DNA of 64,000 nt from Nitrospirota bacterium (GCA_963751455.1 CAVVUN010000015.1:1344001-1408000); one strand, 5' to 3'. Shown: positions 10,646 through 22,172, counted from the stretch's first letter. Translations and numbers: made by a program. Notes: generated by a model not told the origin, from the sequence alone.

Positions 10646-10951
10646 ATGGTAAGTTTAACGGATAGCGCAGTAAACAAGTTCAAAGAAGTTGTACTGAAAC
10701 AGGGAACGAACGGCGACGGAGTTCGAATTTTCGCAGTTCCCGGCGGCTGAAGCCCCTCTCTGGCTATGGACATAGCCAAAACCGCCCAGCATGGCGATAC
10801 GACGCTTGAGATAAACGGGCTGAAGGTGTTCCTGGAAGAACGGGCAAAAGGCATGCTGCTGAACACAAGTATCGATTTTCATGAAGGGCAGGGTTTCGTG
10901 CTGACCGGTATGCAGCCAAGCTCATGCGGTTCCTCCTGCAGCACCTGCTAA
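10646..10951 (+). CDS. HesB/IscA-like selenoprotein (Sec at TGA 10748-10750)
   Basis: RBS aaggagg; MVSLTDSAVNKFKE...RIFAVPGG-TGA-SPSLAMD in one frame; hairpin tggctat-ggac-atagcca 10 nt after TGA; Cys-rich tail. Confidence 0.85.
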
Positions 10952-10972
10952 CCGGAAACCGATTGTATCCAT

Positions 10973-11010
10973 GACCGCTGTTCTCGAATTGAGAGCAGCG
11001 GTTTTTTTTT
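10973..11010 (+). terminator. Rho-independent terminator
   Basis: accgctgttctc/gagagcagcggt stem then T9. Confidence 0.85.
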
Positions 11011-11358
11011 GCTCAAGAAAAAACAAGGATCATCCTGAAAAAAGCAGTTGGACACGGATAAAATCTGATCAACACGGATTTATAGGAAGTTACGAACAGT
11101 AATGGATTCACCCAAAAGGCGAGATGGCTTTTTGCTCTATCACATTGTTTTGATCCGCTGTTTCCGTGTTCATCCGTGTTCAAATGCCGTTTTTAGGATC
11201 ATGAACTTCCTGCCAGGAAGTGCAGCCTTTGTTTTAACGATTTTTCACGCACGGCAAAGCGCGGAACTGGTCACGCCCTACTCTCGCGCTGCGCACTTGA
11301 AGTCGTTGGGTGCAGGCGGGATTCAAGGGGTTGTGGAACATCACAGGAAGTGGTGAGA

Positions 11359-11402
11359 ATAAAAAATCCGGCGGGAAGAGGGGGAGGGAACTCCCCGCCG
11401 GT
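11359..11402 (-). terminator. Terminator of the ExtKL-like gene
   Basis: ccggcggg...cccgccgg stem, T-tract on minus strand. Confidence 0.7.
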
Positions 11403-11416
11403 ATGAATAGCGGCGT

Positions 11417-12727
11417 TTATACGCCGCCTTTTTCGATTGACACCTTCCTCGTAACTTTCTTCCAGGTGAAGGCGTCGCTGTCGGCGGTGCCGAAAGGAAG
11501 GTATATCAATTCAACATCTATTGTCATGTCGTTGTCGAGGATGGTCCTCGTTGTCTTGCCGTCCTTCTTCACTTCCTTCAAAGGGAAGGGGATGTCAAAT
11601 TTCTCGAATACTGTCCGGCCGGGCGGCAGGCCGTTGTCCCTGATGATGCCGCTCTTTTCATACGGTCCGCGTCCCATCTTGTCGCCCCGTCCGAGCTGCT
11701 GCGGGACAGGCATATATATCTTCGACTGCTTGAATAGTTCCTTTCCAGTACTGTCTTTCGCGGTCACTTCCAGGACCAGCCGGTTGGGTGTTGGTCAGCC
11801 ATCCGGTATGGAGTGACCGGTCCTGTTGATCATTTCGACCTTGACCAGGGCCTGCGGCACCATCGTGGTTCCGTTGCGCCACTGGTAACCCAGGGTTTCG
11901 ACCTTGAAATCCACAGCGGCGTTTGTCATGCCGGCATCACGGTAGCTCTGCATATTGTGGCCGAGGCCGCTCTTTTTCATATGGCATTCCTGGCATGTTT
12001 CCTGGCCGCCTTCCGCGCGATATGCCCAGAGATAGCTGCCGTAGAGCGTTCCGCACTGCGAGGGATTTTCAAGTTCGAAATTGGGGCCCAGGCCGTGGCA
12101 TTGGCCGCAGAGAATCGATTCGGACATGATCGGGCTTTTCTTCATGTTTGGATGCGCCGTGTCGGGATGGGCTCCGCCTTCTTTCGAGCCGTAAACCGTA
12201 TCCCTGGCCGGGAACCCGTCGACCCATTTATGGACGATCGCATTTCGCTGATGACAGACCAGGCAGTTGATGCTCACCTTGGAAAGTTTCGAGGCCGCTT
12301 TCTCACGCGCATCATCGCTCGCTTGAGAGTCCGCATAGACGTATGCATTCTTCACGATTTCGCGGGCCACATCGTCTGTCGCATCCGCCAGCTGGGGCAG
12401 ATGACATTTCATGCAGATCATGAGATGTTTGACCGTTACATCTTCAGGTTTTTTTACCCCTGAATACTGCCATCCCATGAGTCCGACCGCCACGGTAGTC
12501 TTAATGGTGGCTGCCGTTCTGCCGGTCCCGAATACAGAACGTGAATGGATTGATTTTTCCCAGTCCTTGTAGATGGCCTCATGGCACTGCTTGCACGCTG
12601 ATGAGTCGTACATCCCGGCCAGTTCGTCGATGGATGCCGCTTTCGCGCCTTCCAAAGCGTCCGCATGCCCAGGGGCAAAGGACAGCATCGATGCAGCCAG
12701 CAATGCTATATGCAGAACAATTTTCAC
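11417..12727 (-). CDS. ExtKL-like pentaheme cytochrome c selenoprotein (Sec at 11795-11797)
   Basis: Signal peptide; 5 CxxCH; GHSIPDG-TGA-PTPNRLVLEV reads in frame into ORF 11417-11767. Confidence 0.85.
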
Positions 12728-13162
12728 AGACCCTCCTTTATAACTGATTGAAATTTTGCAAATAAAACAAGTATTAATTGAAGTTAATATAACTTATACT
12801 AATTGTAAATTTATATAGTAGGCAAAAAAATAACGCTATTGCGTAGAATGATTAATTAATGTGCTCTTATGCGTGTCCTGTTTTGGAATGGGTACGCGCT
12901 TTTTTTAATTTGAATTGTGTGGACAGATTATTTAAGGCTGCAACTGCTTGAATTACCGGGGGCTTATAAGACGGATGAGATAAGGCGATAGCAGGTGAGA
13001 TGTGCACTGATGATACTGGCCGGTCTTTATGGGCAACTGGTTTCATGGGACTTCCTCCTGGAGAGGTACATTCGGGGCGTGAAAGCGCAACTTTATTAAG
13101 TGTAATAATTCCAGCTTTAGATGTCAATCAAAAAATTAATTATTTTTATTGGGAAAACATAA

Positions 13163-14406
13163 TTAAGCAGATGCATGTTTCTTTAACAGGAGTGAGGCAT
13201 TCAAGCCGCCGAAGCCCAGGGAATTGGAAATAGCCGCCCGTACACGCTGTTTCCGCGCCGAATTCGGAACATAATCGAGGTCGCATTCGGGGTCGTTTGC
13301 TTCATAATTAATGGTCGGAGGAATGATGTCCTCTCTGAGAGCAAGGGCGGTTATCGCCGTTTCAACGGCGCCTGCAGCGCCAAGCATGTGGCCGAGCATG
13401 GATTTGGATGAAGAGACGGCGAGCCGGCGGGCATGCTTCCCGAACGTTTTTTTAAGCGCCAGCGTCTCTACCCGGTCATTCAGTACCGTAGCTGTCCCGT
13501 GTGCGTTGATGTAGTCGATCTCTTCAGGTTTCATGCCTGCATCCGAAAGAGCGAGCGCCATGGCGCGGCTCGGGCCGTCAGCAGCCGGGTCCGGCATCGT
13601 ATAATGGTAGGCGTCCGAGCACAGGCCGTATCCGGCAAGCTCGGCGTATATCTTTGCCCCCCTTTTTCCGCGTGCCGCAGCTCTTCGATTATGACCACCG
13701 CTGCGCCCTCGGACAGCACGAAACCGTCGCGGTCGCGGTCGAACGGCCTGCTCGCTTTTTCCGGATCGTTGTTCCGATGAGAGACGGCCTTAGCCTGGCA
13801 GAAGCCTGCCAGGACAAGCGGCGTAAGCGCGGCCTCGGACGCACCCGCGATCATTATGTCAGCATCGCCCCGCTGGATGATCTTCATCGCCTCGCCGATT
13901 GCATGCGTGCCTGTCGCGCACGCTGTGGATACATCCATGCACGGTCCTTTTGCGCCCAGCTTCATGGATATGTAACCGGAAGCCATATTTACGAGCGACA
14001 TCGGCGTGTAGAAGGGCGAGACAGCCCGGGGCCCTTTCTTCAGGAGCAGAGCCATGTTTTTTTCGGAAGTAACAACACCGCCCCGGCCCGACCCGACCAG
14101 GACCCCGGTCCTTACGGAAGAAGCCGGAGTCAGCGAAACGCCTGCGTCTTCCATGGCCATCAATGCGCACGCTACCGCATACTGGATAAAGGGATCGGTC
14201 CTGCTGACTTCCTTCGGAGAGAGATAGCAAAGAGCGTCGAATCCCCGGACCTCCCCCGCGATGCGGCTCGAAAAAGGGGAGGCGTCGAAGCGGGATATCG
14301 GAGCGATCCCGGAGCGGCCGCTGACAATATCGGCCCACGTGGACTCAATATTGTTTCCGAGCGGCGTCAGCGCGCCCATGCCGGTAATGACCACGCGCTT
14401 TTTCAT
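13163..14406 (-). CDS. fabF: Beta-ketoacyl-ACP synthase II, 1-nt frameshift near 13660
   Basis: [43 protein letters not shown]; frame break in an A5G6 run. Confidence 0.9.
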
Positions 14407-14646
14407 TCGAAAAGCCGCCTCGCGGCCGCTCGAGGATGAAGCTCCCTCCACGCTGGATGCAGTGCTGGATGCAGTTCATGACTATTCATGCATGCAGTAT
14501 AAATTTATTGCTGTTCATTGTCAAAAAATGATTCTCCGCGGGATTTATCCCTTTCTCGTATCCTATCCGGTTTGTACATTGCCGCTTTTTGTGCTATATT
14601 TTACCATAACATATGGAATTAAATTTATGAGGAAGGGAGTTGAGCT

Positions 14647-15561
14647 ATGAAAAAATCTGATCTGCTGACTATGGTCGTAATTGAACTCAAAGCCCTCGCC
14701 AAAAAGATGAATGTTACTTTGCCTACACGCGCAAAGAAAGCTGATATTGTTGATGTATTGTTAAATGCCTCAAAAACAAAAAAGGAGACCACGCAGGCAA
14801 AGAAAGCCTCTCCCAAAAATAGTCATACGTCAGCGTTGAAGAAGAAACCGGCAAAAAAAGAGACAACAAAACCGCTGGAACCGAAACGGATTCCAATCGA
14901 TAAAAAACCCGCTGTACCGGCCGGGGAATGGAAATTCCCACCGACGATCGAAGAACCTCTCCTGGCCCAGGAGCGCGTTGCCGATGCCAAATATTACACC
15001 GGTCCTGCCCGGGACGACCGGGCGAAGAAGCAGTATGACGATCTGCCGTTCGGCTATGGTGAAGATAAAATCACGCTGATGATCAAAGACCCCCATCTCG
15101 TTTATTCATACTGGGAGCTGTCGTCCGAGCGGATTCAGCGGGAAAAAGCCTGGTTCGGCTGGGACAGCAAGCTTACGGTGCGCATCTACGATGTGACCGG
15201 CGTCCAGTTCGACGGACGGAACGCAGTGGGGTATTTTGACCAGGAGGTAATGGAGCGGATCGGCAGCTGGTATTTCGATGTGGGGCGGCCGTCGCATTCC
15301 TTCGTTTCAGACATCGGTTTGCTTTCACCCGAAGGAAAATACCTTACCCTGTCGAGGTCGAATTATATCATAACGCCCAGGGAGGGAGTTTCCGAAGAAC
15401 TCGATAACGAATGGATGCTCGGTGATGAGGAATTCTGGAAATTGTACGGCTTTCCGGGCGGCGCTTCATCGGCGCAGATCCAGGAAATGATCCGGCTCAG
15501 GCGCATGCAGCAGGTTACCTCGCCGGGCTCGACCGTGAGGGAACGCGCAAGAAGGAAGTAA
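14647..15561 (+). CDS. DUF4912-domain protein with Rho-N-like N-terminus
   Basis: LPFGYGEDKITLMIKDP..YSYWE, RIYDVT, LSRSN; directly upstream of GH57. Confidence 0.8.
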   Translation: MKKSDLLTMVVIELKALAKKMNVTLPTRAKKADIVDVLLNASKTKKETTQAKKASPKNSHTSALKKKPAKKETTKPLEPKRIPIDKKPAVPAGEWKFPPTIEEPLLAQERVADAKYYTGPARDDRAKKQYDDLPFGYGEDKITLMIKDPHLVYSYWELSSERIQREKAWFGWDSKLTVRIYDVTGVQFDGRNAVGYFDQEVMERIGSWYFDVGRPSHSFVSDIGLLSPEGKYLTLSRSNYIITPREGVSEELDNEWMLGDEEFWKLYGFPGGASSAQIQEMIRLRRMQQVTSPGSTVRERARRK

Positions 15562-15588
15562 CAACGGTCATCAAAGGAGTCATGCAAG

Positions 15589-15621
15589 AAAGTCCATCCA
15601 TTTTGGATGGACTTTTATTTT
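15589..15621 (+). terminator. Palindromic hairpin / probable terminator
   Basis: aaagtccatcca-ttt-tggatggacttt perfect stem followed by tatttt. Confidence 0.6.
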
Positions 15622-15890
15622 GTAACAGGATCCGCAGATAACCGCCCTGCACACCCTATTCTTGCGCTGAGCACACCCTATACTCGCGGTTCAACTCGTA
15701 ATCACCGGGTGCAGGCTCGAAGGCATCGGATGCAGGCTCGCGGGGCCACTCGTCAGCGCCGGGTGCAGGCGGATTTTGCAGATAATTAAACCGGTATTCC
15801 AGCTTGTAAAATCTGTGTCAATCTCGTAATCTGCGGATTGCCTAATCTGCGATTTTTCTTGATGCCGTGAGAGGAAGCACGTGAACATAT

Positions 15891-17468
15891 ATGGATAAAG
15901 GCTATCTTGCACTCGTGCTCCATAGTCACCTGCCGTTTGTAAGACACCCGGAACACGATCAGTTTCTCAAGGAAGACTGGCTGTACGAAGCCATCACTGA
16001 AACCTACATCCCTATCCTCAACATCTTCGAAGGACTCGTGAAGGACGGAATCGACTTCCGCATCACCATGAGTCTGTCGCCCAGCCTGATCGCAATGCTC
16101 GTTGACCCCCTGCTGCAGGAACGGTACGTCGGGCACATCACCAGACTCGTCGAGCTGTCGGAAAAAGAGGTGGAGCGGACCGCAAACCAGCCCGATTTCA
16201 ACGCCTCGGCCCGCATGTACCGGGAATTGTTCGGGAACGCGCGGTCAATGTTCGAAGAGCAATACGGCCGCAACCTTGTGGCCGCCTTCAGGAAATTCCA
16301 GGACCTCGGCAAGGTAGAGCTTGTCACTTCTTCGGCCACGCATGCGTTCCTGCCGCTCATGCAGAACGACAAGGCCGTCCGCGCCCAGATCTTGATTGCC
16401 GTGGAGCAGCACAAAAAGCATCTCGGCCGCGCGCCGAAGGGCATCTGGCTTCCGGAGTGCGGCTATTACGAGGGGCTCGACGAGATTCTGAAAGACGCGG
16501 GCATATCGTTTTTCTTTACGGACGCGCATGCCGTGTTTCACGCTTCGCCGCGGCCCAAATACGGCGTGTACGCGCCGGTCTATTGTCCGTCCGGAGTGGC
16601 TGCTTTCGGCAGGGACATTGAATCGTCAAAGCAGGTATGGAGTTCGCTCGAAGGATATCCCGGGGATTTCAATTACCGGGAATTTTATCGCGACATAGGA
16701 TTCGATCTCGACTACGAATACGTAAAGCCGTATCTCCATGACGGGATGCGGGCGAACATCGGAATCAAATATTATAAAATCACGGGCACAACCGACCGGA
16801 AGGAGCCGTACATCCGCAAAGCCGCCCAGGACAGGGCCGCTGAACACGCCGCGGATTTTCTGGTTCACCGCCAGAAACAGGCGGAGTGGCTGTCGGAGCT
16901 TTTTCAGGACCGGAAACCGCTCATCGTTGCCCCGTATGATTCCGAGCTCTACGGACACTGGTGGTTCGAAGGCCCGGACTGGATCAATTTCCTGATCAGA
17001 AAAATGGCGTGCGACCAGGACCTTGTCCGGCTTACAACGCCCGGGGAATACCTGGCCGAAAACCCCAAATGCCAGGTGACCAGGCCTTCCATGTCAAGCT
17101 GGGGCCAGAAGGGCTACTCAGAAGTCTGGCTTGACGACTCGAACGACTGGATTTACCGGCACCTGCATAAGGCCGCGGACCGCATGATCGAGCTTGCAGC
17201 CTCATATCCACATGCCGACGGGGTCCGCTTGCGCGCCCTCAACCAGGCAGCGAGGGAACTGCTCCTGGCGCAAAGCTCGGACTGGGCCTTTATCCTCAAA
17301 ACAGGCAGCCACGTCGAATACGCAACCAGGAGGACCAAAGACCATATCCTCCGCTTTACCAGGCTGTACGACACCATCAAAGGAAATCATATTGACGAAG
17401 CATGGCTCCGCACTATAGAATGTAAAGACACAATTTTTCCTGATATCGATTATCGCGTTTATGCTTAA
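15891..17468 (+). CDS. GH57 1,4-alpha-glucan branching enzyme (DUF1957)
   Basis: VLHSHLPFV, ETYIP, GIWLPECGY, YDSELYGHWWFEG, AQSSDWAF. Confidence 0.93.
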   Translation: MDKGYLALVLHSHLPFVRHPEHDQFLKEDWLYEAITETYIPILNIFEGLVKDGIDFRITMSLSPSLIAMLVDPLLQERYVGHITRLVELSEKEVERTANQPDFNASARMYRELFGNARSMFEEQYGRNLVAAFRKFQDLGKVELVTSSATHAFLPLMQNDKAVRAQILIAVEQHKKHLGRAPKGIWLPECGYYEGLDEILKDAGISFFFTDAHAVFHASPRPKYGVYAPVYCPSGVAAFGRDIESSKQVWSSLEGYPGDFNYREFYRDIGFDLDYEYVKPYLHDGMRANIGIKYYKITGTTDRKEPYIRKAAQDRAAEHAADFLVHRQKQAEWLSELFQDRKPLIVAPYDSELYGHWWFEGPDWINFLIRKMACDQDLVRLTTPGEYLAENPKCQVTRPSMSSWGQKGYSEVWLDDSNDWIYRHLHKAADRMIELAASYPHADGVRLRALNQAARELLLAQSSDWAFILKTGSHVEYATRRTKDHILRFTRLYDTIKGNHIDEAWLRTIECKDTIFPDIDYRVYA

Positions 17469-18860
17469 GCCGGCTGTCGTCAAAAAACTTAAATCCATCG
17501 TCGGTTCCGACAACCTGTACACCGCACCCGAGGAACTTCTGGTCTATTCCTACGATGCCACGCGCAGGGAATCCCTGCCCTGGGCCGTGGCGCGCCCAGC
17601 CTCAGCCGATGAGATCTCGAAGATACTGGTACTGGCAAACCAGGAGCTTTTCCCCGTAGTGCCGCGCGGAGCAGGCACGGGCATGTCAGGCGGGTCCGTG
17701 CCGATCGCCGGCGGGCTCGTTCTCTCGCTCGAGCGCATGAACAGGATCCTTGAAATCGACGAACAGGACCTCATCGCTGTGGTCGAGCCGGGTGTTGTAA
17801 CCGGTGATCTGCAGCGCGAGGTGGAATCCCGGGGCCTGTTCTATCCGCCGGACCCTGCGAGCAGCAAATTCTGCACGATCGGCGGCAACGTCGCGGAATG
17901 CGCGGGCGGACTCCGGGCCGCAAAGTACGGCGTTACCAGGGACTATGTGCTTGGGCTGGACGTGGTGATGCCTGACGGAGAATTCATCAAAACCGGCGCC
18001 CGGACGCTCAAGACCGTGGCCGGCTACGATCTCACGAGGCTCATAGTAGGTTCCGAGGGAACCCTGGGCATCGCCACCCGTATCATCCTGAGATTGCTGC
18101 CGCTGCCTGAAACAGTGCGCACGCTCTCTGCTTTTTTCAAGACAGCCGGAAACGCGGCTTCCGCGTCTGCGGACATCATCCGGAACCGGATCATCCCGCG
18201 GGCCATGGAATTCGTGGACAAAGAGGCGCTTCGGGCCGTGGAGAATTATTTAAAGGAAGACATCAGCAACGGCGCGTCTGCTCTGCTGCTGGTTGAGGTG
18301 GACGGACCCGCGGAAGCGGCCAGCCGGGAGATTTTGCGCGTGGAAGAGGTCGTGAGGCAGGCGGGCGCGGTGCGAATCGAGAAGGCCGAGACCGAAGAGC
18401 ACCGCCAGCGGCTCTGGAAGGCGCGCCGCTCGATTTCGCCGGCGCTGTACGCGATCAAGCCGAGAAAAATCAACGAAGACATTGTTGTCCCGCGAAGCAG
18501 GCTTCCGAGGATACTGGAAGCGATCGGGAAGATTGCCGACCGGCACAAGCTGCTTATCGTAAACTTCGGGCATGCGGGCGACGGAAACATCCATACGAAC
18601 ATCATGCTTGACGAAGGCGACCAGGCAAAGGCAGAGGCAGAGGAGGCGGTGCGCGAATCTTCCAGGCAGTGCTGGACCTTGAAGGAAGCATCTCCGGAGA
18701 ACACGGGATCGGGCTTTCCAAAGCGCCGTACCTGGAAATGGAATTGGGGGCAGGGGAGATCCGGACGATGAAGAGGATCAAACAGGCGCTGGATCCGAAT
18801 AATATCCTGAATCCGGGAAAGATATTTCCGGAAATGAAATCCGAAGCTCGAAATCAATAA
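17461..18860 (+). CDS. glcD: FAD-linked oxidase GlcD-like, 1-nt frameshift near 18656
   Basis: PRGAGTGMSGG, YPPDPAS, GSEGTLG, GHAGDGNIH; ISGEHGIG and LDPNNILNPGKIF in the shifted frame. Confidence 0.85.
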
Positions 18861-18863
18861 AGA

Positions 18864-19140
18864 TTTTTATCCGCAGATTACGCCGATTTTGCAGATTGAA
18901 GCCGAGATTAATCAAGCTTTAAAATCTGCGCTTATCTGCGAAATCTGCGGATAAAAGTTAGATAATGCCTATCAACCTCCAAAGCATAGGAACTGTATTT
19001 GCTATTATACAAATTTCGCCGATTGAAGATTAAACCAACGCCTAAACAAGCTTTTAAAAATCTGCGCTTATCTGCGAAATCTGCGGATAAAAGTTAAAAT
19101 AATGCCTATCAAACTCCAAATTATAGGAACTCTTTTTGCT
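18864..19140. repeat. Palindromic 9-nt-unit repeats plus ~85-bp direct duplication including the start of the downstream gene
   Basis: ttttatccgcagatt...aatctgcggataaaag; aaaatctgcgcttatctgcgaaatctgcggataaaagtta..taatgcctatcaa at ~18921 and ~19057. Confidence 0.75.
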
Positions 19141-19734
19141 GTCATATTCAGCCTGACGGCTTTCCCCGCATGGGCAGGCGATCACCCGTCGATCGACGAG
19201 CTCAGGACCCGCGTCAATGAACTACAGCAGGAAGCCGCGCTGCTGGAAGAAGAGAACCAGGGGCTCAGGAACCGGATCAAGGCATTCGAGGACAACGCGG
19301 TCTACCTGGTCGTTGACACGGAAAGCAACAGGCTGACCATGAGGCAGGCTGGAAGCGTTCTGCTGCGCGCGAAAGTGGGGACCGGCAGCAGGCAGATCGT
19401 GAAGGAAGAAACCGGACGGAACTGGTATTTTGAAAGCCCCATGGGATCGCTCGCTGTTCTCGGCAAGGAGCGGAACCCGGTCTGGATCAGGCCTGACTGG
19501 TCCTATGTCGAGGAGAACATGCCCGTGCCGAAGCCCGAGGACCCGGACAGGATCGTGCGCGGAGTGCTTGGGAAATACGCGTTGCTCCTCGGGAACGGCT
19601 ACAAAATACACGGAACCAAGTGGACGAACCTGCTCGGTACGCATTTTACGCACGGGTGCATATCGTTGGACGACAAGAACCTTGAAACACTGTACAAATC
19701 CGTAAAGATCGGGACGAAGGTTTATATTTATTAG
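19102..19734 (+). CDS. L,D-transpeptidase (YkuD family), secreted
   Basis: Signal peptide, coiled coil, IHGT...THGCISL, VKIGTKVYIY. Confidence 0.9.
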   Translation: MPIKLQIIGTLFAVIFSLTAFPAWAGDHPSIDELRTRVNELQQEAALLEEENQGLRNRIKAFEDNAVYLVVDTESNRLTMRQAGSVLLRAKVGTGSRQIVKEETGRNWYFESPMGSLAVLGKERNPVWIRPDWSYVEENMPVPKPEDPDRIVRGVLGKYALLLGNGYKIHGTKWTNLLGTHFTHGCISLDDKNLETLYKSVKIGTKVYIY

Positions 19735-19899
19735 GGCACGAAAAGAAATTGGACGCAGATGAACGCAGATACTCGCAGATAGAATAAAAGCTTTTTGCTT
19801 GAAGCAAAATTACCTGTTTTAATTAAAAAATTATTTTGTGCAGACTTTATCCACTCTTATCCGTTTTTTCTGCGTCCGAAATGGTTTTAAAAATTGAGC

Positions 19900-20415
19900 A
19901 TGAAAAAATTAATGAAAATACTACACCTTTATTTTATGCTTTTCGTCCTGCTGCTGCTCACCGGCTTCACTATCGGGGGAGGCTCTGACGACGAACGCTC
20001 ATCGCTTCTGCAGCAGGAAAAAGAGCTGAAAGTCCGGATCGAAACGCTCATGCGTGACCAGGAATACCTTCGCTTCCAGAAGGTCATGCAGGCTCTGGAT
20101 TCGAAGTACCTTCTTCTCGACTTCAAAGGAGAAATCGGCCAGCTTAGATACAAGAACCGGATACTCAAGCATTTCAGCTTCAAAACAGGAAAACCGGCTG
20201 TCCGCCAGGAGGGCATCATTACGGTTACAGAAAGAGTAGAAGGAATAAAAGGCCGGCATGCAATCGTATTCGGCTCATCTCTCATTCTCCACGGCAAGCG
20301 CACGCCCTCCGAAAAACTCGACCCCGCCATCCCGCGCATTTCGCTTGCTCAAAAGGATTTTCTTTCCGTTTACTACGCCCTTGAAAAAGGCTCCCAGGCG
20401 TATATCCTCCGTTAA
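19900..20415 (+). CDS. Exported hypothetical protein, possibly a degenerate YkuD-like paralog
   Basis: Signal/coiled coil, YLLLDF, ILHG, RISL...LEKGSQAYIL without catalytic Cys. Confidence 0.65.
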   Translation: MKKLMKILHLYFMLFVLLLLTGFTIGGGSDDERSSLLQQEKELKVRIETLMRDQEYLRFQKVMQALDSKYLLLDFKGEIGQLRYKNRILKHFSFKTGKPAVRQEGIITVTERVEGIKGRHAIVFGSSLILHGKRTPSEKLDPAIPRISLAQKDFLSVYYALEKGSQAYILR

Positions 20416-20575
20416 CGTTGCTCAGCAGCATGTCAGGATGCAAAGCGGCAAAACGGATTAGCCTGCAAGTCAGACAGTAGCAAAAACCTGAATTAATTCG
20501 CATCATGGTAATAGTATTGCAATCCTACCGAATATATGTTATGATCGGAATGCAATACTATCGGAGGCGCGGGGC

Positions 20576-21811
20576 GTGATCGAGGAACTTGTTCGGTTGA
20601 GCCAGGACTTCATCCGGCTCTATAACCGTGACTATGTACGGTACTTTTTGAAGGAGAACAGGCTGGACAGCCGGTTCTCCCTCATCGTTGGCCAGCGGGG
20701 TGTCGGCAAGACTACGGCCATCATCCAGCACCTTCTTGCATCCTACCGAAACGACCCCTTTACCGACAAGGCGCTCTATATCCAGGCGGACCATTTCCTG
20801 CTCGGCAAGCGCAGCCTCTATGAAATCGCGGAAGAATTCCATTACCTGGGCGGAGAACTGATCTGCCTCGATGAAATTCACAAGTACCCGGACTGGGCGG
20901 CACACCTCAAAAGCATCAACGACACGTTTCCCAAGCTCAGAATCGTCTCGTCCGGAAGCTCCGCCCTGGAAATCCATCGTGGGAGCCATGATTTGAGCAG
21001 GAGGGCCGTAGTGTACCGGATGTACGGCATGTCGCTACGGGAATTCATCGAAATGACGCAGGATGTCGCACTTGGGAGCTTCAAGCTCGAGGATATCCTG
21101 AAAAGCCACCAGCGGATCAGCCAGGATGTCATTGGGGCGCTTGAAAAGAAGGATAAAAAAATCCTCGCGCTCTTTCGCGAATATCTTGAATATGGCTACT
21201 ATCCGTACTTCCGGGAATATAAGAACAAGAAGCTCTTTCACATCACCCTGGAGCAAAACGTCCACACGACACTTGAAAGCGATCTGATCACCATCTATCC
21301 TTCCTTGAGCGGAGCGAGCATCAAGAAGATCAAGAAGCTCCTGGCCATCATCGCCGTGTCCGTTCCGTTCACCCCGGATCTTAAGAACCTGAAGACCGCG
21401 CTCGACATGGGCGACGAACGTACGCTGAAGAATTATCTGAAATACCTTGAGGATGCCGGCATCATCCTGACTATATCAAAAAGCGGCAGGGGACTCCGGG
21501 AACTCGAGAAGCCGGAAAAGATATACCTGAATAATCCGAACCTGATCCACGCGATTGCGGGCCGCGCGCCGGCAGAAACCGGCAATATCCGCGAAACGTT
21601 CTTTCTCGCCATGATCCATGCGCAGCATAAAGTAACTTCGCACACTGATGGTGATTTTTTTGTAGACGGGAAATATGCCTTTGAAGTCGGTGGAAAAAAT
21701 AAAGGCCCCGGCCGGCTCAAGGCGGCTAAGAACGCATATTTGGCCGTCGACAATATAGAAATTGGCGTTGGAAACAGAATCCCTCTCTGGTTATTCGGGT
21801 TTCTGTATTAA
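20576..21811 (+). CDS. AAA_14/DUF4143-type ATPase
   Basis: GQRGVGKTT Walker A, CLDEIHKY Walker B, KPEKIYLNNPNL, RETFF, FEVGGK, IPLWLFGFLY. Confidence 0.9.
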   Translation: MIEELVRLSQDFIRLYNRDYVRYFLKENRLDSRFSLIVGQRGVGKTTAIIQHLLASYRNDPFTDKALYIQADHFLLGKRSLYEIAEEFHYLGGELICLDEIHKYPDWAAHLKSINDTFPKLRIVSSGSSALEIHRGSHDLSRRAVVYRMYGMSLREFIEMTQDVALGSFKLEDILKSHQRISQDVIGALEKKDKKILALFREYLEYGYYPYFREYKNKKLFHITLEQNVHTTLESDLITIYPSLSGASIKKIKKLLAIIAVSVPFTPDLKNLKTALDMGDERTLKNYLKYLEDAGIILTISKSGRGLRELEKPEKIYLNNPNLIHAIAGRAPAETGNIRETFFLAMIHAQHKVTSHTDGDFFVDGKYAFEVGGKNKGPGRLKAAKNAYLAVDNIEIGVGNRIPLWLFGFLY

Positions 21812-21917
21812 GAGTTTTGGCGAGGATCTGCGAACAATAATCTGGTATTGACAATGACTCTAAAAGGTAGTACATTTATTAATAGTAATGCTTTATTGAA
21901 AGGTAAGGTAAATTACA

Positions 21918-22172
21918 ATGACGACGTCAGCAGTGAAAATCACCCGGAAGGGACAGGTTACGATTCCTAAGGAAATCCGGGATAAATTGCAGGCAAATGC
22001 CGTTTATTTTGAGGTGAAGAACGATATCGTCATGGTAAAGCCGGTACGGGACGCTGCCGGTTCACTCCGGGAATACGCTCGAAACGTCAAACCCGGCGTC
22101 TCCATGAAACAGATGAAAGAGAAGGCGTGGGGGGAAGCCATACGTGAAAAAGCCGGCAAGAAGTCTGCCTGA
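21918..22172 (+). CDS. AbrB/MazE/SpoVT-family antitoxin
   Basis: KITRKGQVTIPKEIRDKL. Confidence 0.9.
   Translation: MTTSAVKITRKGQVTIPKEIRDKLQANAVYFEVKNDIVMVKPVRDAAGSLREYARNVKPGVSMKQMKEKAWGEAIREKAGKKSA

Noticed and set aside
13655-13670. Programmed -1 frameshift in fabF
   Set aside because: No in-frame X XXY YYZ heptamer; similar single-base deletions elsewhere point to sequence error.
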